From: a virus | Length of the DNA stretch: 64,000 bases | Reading direction: 5' to 3' (one strand) | Virus record (IMG/VR): IMGVR_UViG_3300025536_000001 | Coordinates: 1 to 64,000 of that record | Shown here: positions 24,510 through 31,695 of the stretch, piece by piece | Position numbering within the stretch: the stretch's first letter is position 1 | Layout of the letters: every line of letters begins with the position of its first letter | The notes under the pieces: model-generated | Database searches by the model: none | The model's input: the letters and a program-made list of their open reading frames with translations, nothing else | What the model was told of the DNA's origin: nothing | Translations under genes and position numbers: made by a program

Positions 24510-25247
24510 ATGAAAAGCGAAGACGGATACTTAGGGTTCTACGGCCTGTCTCACTACAAACCAGAGAAATTCGAACCCGCAATCCCTAAGGTAATGAAGA
24601 AACACATTCTGGTTTTACCTGAATGGACGGAGCCTTCCAATTTTCGCCTAATGGAATGCGCGGAGCGCCGGGCGCTGATGGGCACCCTCCGTGATACCTC
24701 TGTCACTACCTTCGAATATAACCTCCCCTGGGTGTGGTTTGGGGGCTACACCACGAAGCGGAAGCATGCAACCTACCATGAGGGCAGCACCATCCGTCCC
24801 GTTGCGCGTAGCCTGTTCGAAATCGCATTCGGAGAGACGCCCTTCATTCAGGGGCGCCGTATGTATTCTATCCGCAAGAGGATGCCGCGTATCATGCCGG
24901 TAGAGGGATTCTATCTCAGCGATGTAAACCCGTTTCACTACATGCCGGCTGGACTCGGCCATTATCGAGAGAACGTAATAGGGTGGATGAACCGTACCTA
25001 CCTGCCGCACAGTGATGCCAGTAAAGCTGACCGCTTCAAGAAATGGGTATTCGAGAACCGCATGCGGTACTGTTTCGACGATGTGTTCGACGGGCATGTG
25101 CAGTGTGAGGATGATACTTGGGTGGACAATGTACTCGCACTCGTCGTGCGCGAAGGAAAGGACTTCAGCCGTGAAGTAATAAAAGAACTCATGGACAGGT
25201 ACAAGGCATTACCCAACAGCCGAATACTCGACCACCTGGATTTTTGA
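24510..25247 (+). CDS. Early protein with a degenerate His-Me finger / HNH_3-like region (tentative)
   Basis: 245 aa from ATG 24510. PVARSLFEIAFGE...VEGFYLSDVNPFHYMP resembles the homing-endonuclease pattern (fG.iP...H.C.N..CvNP.HL) but lacks the Cys/His ligands. Confidence 0.4.
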   Translation: MKSEDGYLGFYGLSHYKPEKFEPAIPKVMKKHILVLPEWTEPSNFRLMECAERRALMGTLRDTSVTTFEYNLPWVWFGGYTTKRKHATYHEGSTIRPVARSLFEIAFGETPFIQGRRMYSIRKRMPRIMPVEGFYLSDVNPFHYMPAGLGHYRENVIGWMNRTYLPHSDASKADRFKKWVFENRMRYCFDDVFDGHVQCEDDTWVDNVLALVVREGKDFSREVIKELMDRYKALPNSRILDHLDF

Positions 25248-25275
25248 AACACTAAGGGAATAAAGGAGGTACTAA

Positions 25276-25521
25276 ATGAGCTTAGTAATTATGATGCGTG
25301 AGCGTCATCTCGTGAATACCGACCCGCAGCGCCGTTGCTATTGGGGTGTGAATGCAAAGGAAGAATTGCAGTGGCAACCTTGGGAAGTCCTGGAATACAC
25401 GAAAGCTGAGCACTCAGAGGAGCGCCTGAAGTTCTGGCGTAATCTTAATGATTACGCTGTGAGCCAGCGTGGTAAGGGCGCTAGAACGGAGTTCAAGGTC
25501 GTGGAGGCAACAGATTGTTAG
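25276..25521 (+). CDS. Early hypothetical protein (81 aa)
   Basis: AAGGAGG SD. The stop codon TAG is supplied by palindrome copy 5. Confidence 0.65.
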   Translation: MSLVIMMRERHLVNTDPQRRCYWGVNAKEELQWQPWEVLEYTKAEHSEERLKFWRNLNDYAVSQRGKGARTEFKVVEATDC

Positions 25522-25575
25522 ATTCTAACAAGGGCACCCTCCCCATTGAGGGAATAAACAAAGGAGAACGAAATG
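25517..25575 (+). repeat. Intergenic cassette A: palindrome copy 5 (n=T) + GGGCACCCTCCCC + SD + ATG
   Basis: gttagattctaacaagggcaccctccccattgagggaataaacaaaggagaacgaaatg is nearly identical to cassette B at 25868-25928. Confidence 0.9.
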
Positions 25576-25872
25576 GCTGCAGAATTTATCTATGAAATCC
25601 TCCCAGGTATTATTACCAAGGAGAAACTTAACAGTCAGCTGAGAATGTGGCAGGACAACGACCGGGTCAGAAACGGCCATCAGGAAGGTTATTCAGGGGA
25701 TTGGCAAACTGTGAATGAAATAAAGCTTCATCCCGGAGTCGTAATGGGCAATAACGAAGCATCCAAAATAGCCCAGAACTTAGCCGAGAAATGGCAATTT
25801 GGGTATGCTGTCCATTATATGGACACAGAGAAGGGCGCCATGACTTATGTGGGCGCCTGGGCTGCGTGTTAG
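25573..25872 (+). CDS. Early hypothetical protein (99 aa)
   Basis: GGAGAA SD inside cassette A. The stop TAG is supplied by palindrome copy 6. Confidence 0.65.
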   Translation: MAAEFIYEILPGIITKEKLNSQLRMWQDNDRVRNGHQEGYSGDWQTVNEIKLHPGVVMGNNEASKIAQNLAEKWQFGYAVHYMDTEKGAMTYVGAWAAC

Positions 25873-25928
25873 ATTCTAACTGATGGGCACCCTCCCCATT
25901 GAGGGCAACAACAAAGGAGAACGAAATG
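25868..25928 (+). repeat. Intergenic cassette B: palindrome copy 6 (n=T) + GGGCACCCTCCCC + SD + ATG
   Basis: gttagattctaactgatgggcaccctccccattgagggcaacaacaaaggagaacgaaatg. Confidence 0.9.
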
Positions 25929-26312
25929 GCGACAGAAGAACAAGTTTGCTGCAGGGAAAAACTCAGCGATAAAATCGGGATGAAAGCTGCACAACAGGTG
26001 CAGGACGATTTGGATGCGCAAGCAAAAGTGGGACGAGTCTCATTTAGCACAAACTCAGCTCCGTTGGAGGCCTTGGTTTTAAATCTTGAGGAGCGCATGA
26101 GAATGTTAGAAATCCGAAGTGATGAGGTTGGGGATTCAATCACCAACCTGGACAATCGTCTCGGGTATCTTGAGGAAAAGAGGATGAAGAATGTGTCAAG
26201 CTATATCGACTGCATCAAGTTGGTTCGTTCCCTCTCAGGACTCGGCTTGAAGGCGTCAAAGGACGTGGTCGATACGCTGAAGGAGCGAGGGTACATCAAT
26301 GCGGATATCTAA
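25926..26312 (+). CDS. Early protein with a ribosomal L7/L12 C-terminal-domain-like segment
   Basis: 128 aa from ATG 25926. IDCIKLVRSLSGLGLKASKDVVDTLKERG resembles the L7/L12 segment [20 protein letters not shown] (recall). Confidence 0.5.
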   Translation: MATEEQVCCREKLSDKIGMKAAQQVQDDLDAQAKVGRVSFSTNSAPLEALVLNLEERMRMLEIRSDEVGDSITNLDNRLGYLEEKRMKNVSSYIDCIKLVRSLSGLGLKASKDVVDTLKERGYINADI

Positions 26313-26712
26313 AATCAACCCTGCGCGTAACCTCGACCCGCTTTACTCAGCCTACACCCTGGCTGTGCACACTATGGGAGCCTATCCCCATAAGTCCAAG
26401 GTCAGCGGCAAGGAGTTCATCGAGGGGCGTTATCGAAAGGCTGTGGCCATCGCCCATAAAATGGGCATGGTCACCCGAATCGGGAACGTGGAGCGTGAGC
26501 TTCCGGCGGCTGAGTTCTGCCAGGAGCTCAAGTGCCTGTTCGATTACGTGACCTCTGAGTATGACGGGGAGGCATTCGCCTATCTCCTGAGGGTACTCAA
26601 GTACCTCACCAAGAGGCGTCCGCCTCTCAAGCCAGTCTTCATGAATTGGGACTGGTGGAGGCAACTGCGTGATATCAACAAGGTGATAAGGGAGAAACAA
26701 AATGCTCAATGA
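26299..26712 (+). CDS. Early hypothetical protein (137 aa)
   Basis: ORF track. Overlaps the upstream stop by 14 nt. Confidence 0.55.
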   Translation: MRISKINPARNLDPLYSAYTLAVHTMGAYPHKSKVSGKEFIEGRYRKAVAIAHKMGMVTRIGNVERELPAAEFCQELKCLFDYVTSEYDGEAFAYLLRVLKYLTKRRPPLKPVFMNWDWWRQLRDINKVIREKQNAQ

Positions 26713-26842
26713 GTGGGAGAGAAAACTTATCGCCGATATCTTGAGGATGATATGGGCAATCCACAACAACGATGTTGACCATGCGAAGCTAGACCGCGAT
26801 ATCACCAAGTATCTTGTCCAACTTCAAGGACCACCACACTAA
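26702..26842 (+). CDS. Small early ORF (46 aa)
   Basis: Own translation: MLNEWERKLIADILRMIWAIHNNDVDHAKLDRDITKYLVQLQGPPH. GGGAGAAACAAAATG context. Confidence 0.45.
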   Translation: MLNEWERKLIADILRMIWAIHNNDVDHAKLDRDITKYLVQLQGPPH

Positions 26843-26853
26843 GGAGAAACAAA

Positions 26854-27072
26854 ATGATTGACCAACCTGCTGACTACGATGAGGCCGTGAGTGTTATCAA
26901 GATTCTCATGGAGACCATAGGTCTTAAAGACCAGACCATTAAGTCAATGCGTGAGTCGCTTGATATACATGAGCAGAACATGAAGACTTATATCTCTATC
27001 ATGAATAAGGTAGCTGATATAGGCGACAAGCTGTCCCAGCTTCGGGATATCGCAGCAAGGACAGAGAAATGA
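26854..27072 (+). CDS. Early hypothetical protein (72 aa)
   Basis: AAGGAGAAACAAAATG context. ORF track. Confidence 0.6.
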   Translation: MIDQPADYDEAVSVIKILMETIGLKDQTIKSMRESLDIHEQNMKTYISIMNKVADIGDKLSQLRDIAARTEK

Positions 27073-27320
27073 CCGACAAATTCAAACCGGTAACACCAGA
27101 AGAATTTGATAACTTCCTGCTAGCATATCCACGCCCATTAGACAGACACTTGACGGCGATTTGCGAACCACCGCAGATTTCATACAATGATTTCACTTTA
27201 GGTAATTGGCCTGATAGCGTTGTGGCGTCGTTTTGTATCGACGATTACCTGGAAACCGATGCCAAGAAATACAGGCTTGTTGATGGCAGAAAAGAGACAA
27301 GACACGTGGTGTTAAAATGA
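27069..27320 (+). CDS. Early hypothetical protein (83 aa)
   Basis: ATGA coupling to the upstream gene. ORF track. Confidence 0.6.
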   Translation: MTDKFKPVTPEEFDNFLLAYPRPLDRHLTAICEPPQISYNDFTLGNWPDSVVASFCIDDYLETDAKKYRLVDGRKETRHVVLK

Positions 27321-27448
27321 CAGATAAACTAACAGAGAGCCCGTGCCGATGGTTTAAGGCTTACAAGGCAATCAGCGCCCAGCTGTAGCTGCCTACCATA
27401 CCATCAGAAATACACAAAAGCATGGGCTTAAAAACTATGGAGAAGGAA

Positions 27449-28177
27449 ATGACCGAGTTGCAGAAGGCGATTGATTTGATAAGAGCCCACGACACGATTA
27501 TTGCCGAAGGTATCGGTGCAGATGTGTGGCAGGCAATTACAAAACTCATCGAATTGGAGGCCGTCAACAAGAAACTGAAAACTCAACTGATATTATCAGA
27601 GTATGGTGACGTTGTTGAGATGCTCCAGGGCGACATTCGAGAATTTAAGGCGCGGATTAAGGAACTGGAAGAGGAGAAACCATATGTAAATTTTGAGGAT
27701 GAGCTTAGTAGAAGGCTCCTTGCTGGGTGGGTGCGCCTTCCTACCGCGGCGGTCATAGTTGCAGCGGAGAAGATGGATGGGCTGATATCGACATTACGAT
27801 CAATTGAGGAGAACAGTCGTGATCCAGCGAGTTGTGCAATTGCTGGAGAAGCCTTAAACAGAATGGGAGAAAACAAAATGTTAGACTCTAACATAATGTG
27901 GAGGCCGGTCTTCAACTCCAAGTTTGGCCAATGGAGGATTTGTCACAACGGGGGGTGTGAGGTAGGCGAGACCAGTATCATTGCCACCGTTCACACATCT
28001 TTGGATGAGGAAACTGACGAGAAGACTGCACATCTGATAGCCTCGGCTCCCTATTTGTTGGTGGCGTTGGAGGAGGCAGTATGGAGGCACGAAGACGGTC
28101 AGCAGGGATATCAGCTTCACCCTGAAAACTATGAACGCGCGAAACAAGCAATCAAGAGATCGAAAGGAGAAATATAA
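27449..28177 (+). CDS. Early hypothetical coiled-coil protein; possible in-frame internal start at 27878
   Basis: Track ORF trimmed to ATG 27449 (GGAGAAGG SD). An internal GGGAGAAAACAAAATG at 27864-27880 duplicates the SD/spacer used by neighbouring genes. Confidence 0.55.
   Translation: MTELQKAIDLIRAHDTIIAEGIGADVWQAITKLIELEAVNKKLKTQLILSEYGDVVEMLQGDIREFKARIKELEEEKPYVNFEDELSRRLLAGWVRLPTAAVIVAAEKMDGLISTLRSIEENSRDPASCAIAGEALNRMGENKMLDSNIMWRPVFNSKFGQWRICHNGGCEVGETSIIATVHTSLDEETDEKTAHLIASAPYLLVALEEAVWRHEDGQQGYQLHPENYERAKQAIKRSKGEI
27880..27892. repeat. GTTAGAnTCTAAC palindrome, copy 7 (n=C), inside a CDS and overlapping an internal ATG
   Basis: Exact match. Flanks give the 17-bp palindrome ATGTTAGACTCTAACAT (27878-27894). 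Read as M-L-D-S-N. Confidence 0.95.
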
Positions 28178-28389
28178 TGCAAACTTATCTCGTAATGATC
28201 TGGTTATCCGCCACACCTGCAATATGGTCTGGTGGATACATGGAAGTCTCAAGCATGAGCGCGTGTCATACCGTCGCCCGTCACATGGCTGAAGACCCTC
28301 TGAACGATATCATTCCTACTACATACTTCTGTAGCCAGGATATCATCGACCCGAGGATGCTGCACCCCAAACAAGAAGGAGAGAAATAA
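28177..28389 (+). CDS. Early hypothetical protein (70 aa)
   Basis: AAAGGAGAA SD. ORF track. Confidence 0.55.
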   Translation: MQTYLVMIWLSATPAIWSGGYMEVSSMSACHTVARHMAEDPLNDIIPTTYFCSQDIIDPRMLHPKQEGEK

Positions 28390-28390
28390 G

Positions 28391-28639
28391 ATGTTGAAAC
28401 GTGAAGAGATTGAACCACACTGGACTGACGCATGTGCGAAGCTGCTGGTCGGCAAGACCGTCAAGCGCGTTTATTATATGGGTAAGAAGGATGCCGATGA
28501 ACTGGGTTGGTCAGGACGCTCACTCATTATTCAGTTCACTGATGGGACTGAGATTCAGGCCATGTCTGATGATGAGGGCAATGATGGCGGCGCCTATGCC
28601 ACCAACGACGATAAGCTGCCCACCATTCCGGTGATATGA
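28391..28639 (+). CDS. Early hypothetical protein (82 aa)
   Basis: AAGGAGAGAA SD. ORF track. Confidence 0.6.
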   Translation: MLKREEIEPHWTDACAKLLVGKTVKRVYYMGKKDADELGWSGRSLIIQFTDGTEIQAMSDDEGNDGGAYATNDDKLPTIPVI

Positions 28640-28758
28640 TGGGCTCGATAAAGAGGCGCATATTCAAATTGCTTGATGTGTGCTCAATAGCCATCATAAT
28701 CTATGGGCCGTTCTTACTAGCCTATTTGGTCAAACTATTATGGGAGTGGATGAGATGA
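28636..28758 (+). CDS. Tiny membrane peptide (40 aa)
   Basis: Own translation: MMGSIKRRIFKLLDVCSIAIIIYGPFLLAYLVKLLWEWMR. ATGA coupling at both ends. Confidence 0.45.
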   Translation: MMGSIKRRIFKLLDVCSIAIIIYGPFLLAYLVKLLWEWMR

Positions 28759-28994
28759 GCAACGCAGTCGAGTCCATCGAGCAGGTGCTTCAGGAGCATG
28801 CTGAGCGAGGACTGGAGATACGTGAACTCCAGCGAACAATCAGGAACCAGGACACCCGCATTGTCATGCTCGGTCAACTCCTGACTACCTGCATCGGTTT
28901 GTTAGACTCTAACAAAATCAGCTTGGATGAGCAGTCAAAGCTTGATAGGGTGGGGCTGACTGCGTTAGGTCTAATTTGCAAAAAGGAGAAATGA
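28755..28994 (+). CDS. Early hypothetical protein (79 aa)
   Basis: Track ORF trimmed to ATG 28755. Contains palindrome copy 8 in frame (GLLDSNKI). Confidence 0.55.
   Translation: MSNAVESIEQVLQEHAERGLEIRELQRTIRNQDTRIVMLGQLLTTCIGLLDSNKISLDEQSKLDRVGLTALGLICKKEK
28901..28913. repeat. GTTAGAnTCTAAC palindrome, copy 8 (n=C), inside a CDS
   Basis: Exact match. TT...AA flanks extend the symmetry. Confidence 0.95.
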
Positions 28995-28995
28995 G

Positions 28996-29184
28996 ATGAA
29001 AATAGGAACAGGGTTTAGCCCAGAGGAAGTATTTGTACAGATTGTTGTCAACAAGGATGAATTGTTTGCTCTGACTTCACGTGGAAGAGTATTAGCAAAA
29101 GCTGCCTACGGTGATTGGGTAGAGGTTGATATGCCTGAGATTGACGAGCAGGGATACTTCATCACAGGAGTGCCTAAATCATGA
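28996..29184 (+). CDS. Early hypothetical protein (62 aa)
   Basis: AAGGAGAA SD. ORF track. Confidence 0.6.
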   Translation: MKIGTGFSPEEVFVQIVVNKDELFALTSRGRVLAKAAYGDWVEVDMPEIDEQGYFITGVPKS

Positions 29185-29327
29185 CCGCACTGCTGTTTTG
29201 CATCAATATTCTTATCTGGTCTATTGGCTGGAAATCCAATCATGAGAAGGTCACCATGATTATATCGACCTTCATGGTTCTTATGGTTCTTATGAACCTT
29301 GCTGGTCTGCTCCTGGTGCTGCAATGA
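29181..29327 (+). CDS. Tiny two-TM membrane peptide (48 aa)
   Basis: Own translation: MTALLFCINILIWSIGWKSNHEKVTMIISTFMVLMVLMNLAGLLLVLQ. ATGA coupling at both ends. Confidence 0.45.
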   Translation: MTALLFCINILIWSIGWKSNHEKVTMIISTFMVLMVLMNLAGLLLVLQ

Positions 29328-29812
29328 AACTGCTTTTTCAGGATAAGCTCACTGAACTGTGGTCGGGTGATTCCACAAAATACACAAACATCGGGGCTAA
29401 CTTCGTGCTTACCAATCCATATGCGGTGATACCTCACCACCTTCGGTCATGTCCAATGCTGGTATGTGACTTCGTAGAGAGAGAAGCTCTCGCAGAGCAA
29501 CGGTGCGGTTCCAAGCTCGAACTGGTTAGCAAATGGCATCTGGGCAAGGCGGCTATCTGGGTTGGCAATGCCCCGAATATGAAGGTCGATCTATCTGACC
29601 TTGTGTCAGAGGGCATCTTCTTTCCTGAAGCGCTCCCCGCGCGGCTTCTGGCAGCCTACATCAAAATCTTCCCGAAGATGGTTGTGTGGGATGGGTTCAT
29701 GGGGCGCGGTACGGTCGGTAGGGTATGCCGGCGCAGAAATATACCATTTATTGGTATAGAGAAGGATGGGCTTCTCGCAAATCAAGCCTATCAATACGTG
29801 TTAGGAGAGTGA
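29324..29812 (+). CDS. Miniature beta-class (motif IV before motif I, CcrM/HinfI order) DNA methyltransferase-like protein
   Basis: 162 aa. The C-terminus FFPEALPARLLAAYIKIFPKMVVWDGFMGRGTVGRVCRRRNIPFIGIEKD fits the N4/N6-MTase AdoMet region (FP..L...VlDPF.GSGT...gR.fiGiE). N-terminal NFVLTNPYA occupies the DPPY position but is degenerate. Confidence 0.55.
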   Translation: MKLLFQDKLTELWSGDSTKYTNIGANFVLTNPYAVIPHHLRSCPMLVCDFVEREALAEQRCGSKLELVSKWHLGKAAIWVGNAPNMKVDLSDLVSEGIFFPEALPARLLAAYIKIFPKMVVWDGFMGRGTVGRVCRRRNIPFIGIEKDGLLANQAYQYVLGE

Positions 29813-29813
29813 C

Positions 29814-29918
29814 ATGAAGGTTCTCGCTGAATTGATGGAGATGATAGCCATCATGATTGTTGTGATGTGTGTGATTGCTACGATAGGATTTCCTATTATC
29901 ATGGTTTTAGCACCATGA
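29814..29918 (+). CDS. Tiny membrane peptide (34 aa)
   Basis: Own translation: MKVLAELMEMIAIMIVVMCVIATIGFPIIMVLAP. Starts 2 nt after the upstream stop. Confidence 0.35.
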   Translation: MKVLAELMEMIAIMIVVMCVIATIGFPIIMVLAP

Positions 29919-30028
29919 AAAAGAAATTCAACAAGGCAGCAAAGTGCATCTACTGCCTGAAGAAGGTTCGCAAGAACCACAATAAGAAGCGATGCGCGGA
30001 GAAAACGTGGAACGAGAAGGATTTATGA
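29915..30028 (+). CDS. Tiny basic Cys-containing peptide (37 aa)
   Basis: Own translation: MKKKFNKAAKCIYCLKKVRKNHNKKRCAEKTWNEKDL. ATGA coupling. Confidence 0.35.
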   Translation: MKKKFNKAAKCIYCLKKVRKNHNKKRCAEKTWNEKDL

Positions 30029-30198
30029 GTTCACAGTGGATTTCAATCAATCCGTTTATACAAGACGGGCAAGTGTGGTATGGAGTTCTCAGAAACACGG
30101 GGGGTAGTGGCTGCTTGACTTCTGTCCGTATTGATATTTTTCTGAGAGAAGTAAGGCGATTGCGGTGGCAAAAGGAATTGCCTTCCGCCGTAAGATAG
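30025..30198 (+). CDS. Small early ORF (57 aa)
   Basis: Track ORF trimmed to ATG 30025 (ATGA coupling). Confidence 0.4.
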   Translation: MSSQWISINPFIQDGQVWYGVLRNTGGSGCLTSVRIDIFLREVRRLRWQKELPSAVR

Positions 30199-30235
30199 CC
30201 TGGGTTGATGAATATATGAATGAAGGGAGCTAATC

Positions 30236-30661
30236 ATGACCAGCAACAGCGCACAAATGTCTCTCGAAGAGAAACTCGTCCAGCATATTAAGACGACGAG
30301 CTTCATGCTCCTCATCGACGATGAGGACGCAATCACCGAGCTTACACGCCGGGCTTTGACGGAGGCTCTGGTTCAAAAGAGGAGAGTGAGCACCAATTCA
30401 TATGGTGGATACACCGAGCATGACTCTCCTGTGGTTGAGGCTGCACGGAACGTGGCGACCAAGGCTCTCGAGAAGCTTATGCAGGATGAGATTGATAAAC
30501 TTCTGGCAACCCCTGATACGCTGATTCAGCTGCGCAAAGCGATGATGATGATGCTACCAAAAATTCTTGAGGAGAAGATTGGTGCAGTCTATCAAGGTAT
30601 CGTCCAGCACTCCTCAAATGAGGCGCTTGAAATTCTTAGAAATGGAGGGTTCATAAAATGA
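30236..30661 (+). CDS. Early hypothetical protein (141 aa)
   Basis: GGGAG SD. ORF track. Confidence 0.6.
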   Translation: MTSNSAQMSLEEKLVQHIKTTSFMLLIDDEDAITELTRRALTEALVQKRRVSTNSYGGYTEHDSPVVEAARNVATKALEKLMQDEIDKLLATPDTLIQLRKAMMMMLPKILEEKIGAVYQGIVQHSSNEALEILRNGGFIK

Positions 30662-30912
30662 CGTTGTATCCAAAAAGATATCGAAAGACTGACCAAAACA
30701 TTCTACGTGCTAAACGTGCGAAGTCTGCTCTCAACCTTTACTCGGGTGGTCTGTACGGAAAGCCGGCTCCGATCACTGAGGAGAATATCGCAGATTTGGT
30801 CTGTGACCTTCAGCATCTCGCGCGTCAACATCAGATTAATTGGCAGGATGTACAGGCTACTGCCATAGTTCATTTTGAGACTGAGGCACAAGACCAGTCA
30901 GGTCTACGTTAG
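30658..30912 (+). CDS. Early hypothetical protein (84 aa)
   Basis: ATGA coupling. The stop TAG is supplied by palindrome copy 9. Confidence 0.6.
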   Translation: MTLYPKRYRKTDQNILRAKRAKSALNLYSGGLYGKPAPITEENIADLVCDLQHLARQHQINWQDVQATAIVHFETEAQDQSGLR

Positions 30913-30920
30913 AGTCTAAC
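30908..30920. repeat. GTTAGAnTCTAAC palindrome, copy 9 (n=G), at a gene end
   Basis: Exact match. GGGCACCCTCC follows 5 nt later. Confidence 0.95.
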
Positions 30921-31123
30921 AACTAGGGCACCCTCCTTGCCCAGACACGTAAGTGTCTCAACCTTCGGCTGCGTAACGAGGTCCATTCCTCGTATGGCAC
31001 GTCTCTGTTGATGGGGTGGACGAGTAAATCCATTAAAACTCATTGTGTGGGCACCCTCCCCGCTGACCTTCCCTTGGCCGGGAATAAAGTGGGGAGGAGG
31101 CTCCTTAACCTAGGAGAACGACG
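30921..31123 (+). other. Structured 200-bp intergenic region with two GGGCACCCTCC motifs
   Basis: Motifs at 30926-36 and 31049-61. Hairpins AGACAC-gtaa-GTGTCT and ACGAGG-tccatt-CCTCGT. No ORF. Ends in a GGAGAA SD. Confidence 0.5.
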
Positions 31124-31306
31124 ATGAAATATCTACCACTGATTCCAATCATCTACTTACTAATGGCCATCTTCACCTTCGGGCATGCTGCTTCACACTG
31201 TGAGAAGCAGACCTATCATGTGTGTGATAGTGGAGACCGCAGCTTCCGCGGAATGGCGTCGGCAATGGTTTGGCCGATGTATTGGTCATGGGAGTTGCAG
31301 GAATGA
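31124..31306 (+). CDS. Small secreted/membrane protein (60 aa)
   Basis: N-terminus MKYLPLIPIIYLLMAIFTFGHAAS looks like a signal or TM segment. ORF track. Confidence 0.55.
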   Translation: MKYLPLIPIIYLLMAIFTFGHAASHCEKQTYHVCDSGDRSFRGMASAMVWPMYWSWELQE

Positions 31307-31476
31307 GAAAGTTCATTTGGGAGACCCGATGGAGGTTTGGCCTCTGGTTGTTCAGGAGAGCGTTTGATGTATGCCCTAAAGACGCCGCGCGATACAATCT
31401 ATTGTTGGCTCATCTTGTTTGGAGCAGGAGTGGGCAGCTTGAGGCAGACGAGGAGAGAAGGTATGGAAAAACCTGA
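31303..31476 (+). CDS. Small early ORF (57 aa)
   Basis: Track ORF trimmed to ATG 31303 (ATGA coupling). Confidence 0.45.
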   Translation: MRKFIWETRWRFGLWLFRRAFDVCPKDAARYNLLLAHLVWSRSGQLEADEERRYGKT

Positions 31477-31678
31477 GCCTACCTTTCGGATGCGAGGCGA
31501 TGCAGTTCTGTCATTCTGGACAGCAGACCCAGCACCTTGGGGAGACGAGATTGTCCATCGACGATGGAGGCATGCCACTCCGTTGGAGTGGGAAGAGGCT
31601 GGAAAGAAGCCTAGGCGCCCTACGCCGAGGCGGATACTTCAGAAGGACGGAAAGAGGTACTACGTTGTTAGATTCTAA
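31463..31678 (+). CDS. Small basic early protein (71 aa)
   Basis: Track ORF trimmed to ATG 31463 (AGGAGAGAAGG upstream). The stop TAA is supplied by palindrome copy 10. Confidence 0.5.
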   Translation: MEKPEPTFRMRGDAVLSFWTADPAPWGDEIVHRRWRHATPLEWEEAGKKPRRPTPRRILQKDGKRYYVVRF

Positions 31679-31679
31679 C
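31667..31679. repeat. GTTAGAnTCTAAC palindrome, copy 10 (n=T), at a gene end and 4 nt before the next SD
   Basis: Exact match. TT...AA flanks. GAAGGAGAGAAACATG follows. Confidence 0.95.
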
Positions 31680-31695
31680 AAAGAAGGAGAGAAAC

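Noticed and set aside
30921-31123. tRNA or tmRNA-like gene in the ORF-free structured spacers (also 23653-23769)
   Set aside because: No GTTCGAATC-type T-loop, no acceptor-stem/anticodon-arm geometry and no CCA-proximal pairing could be drawn.
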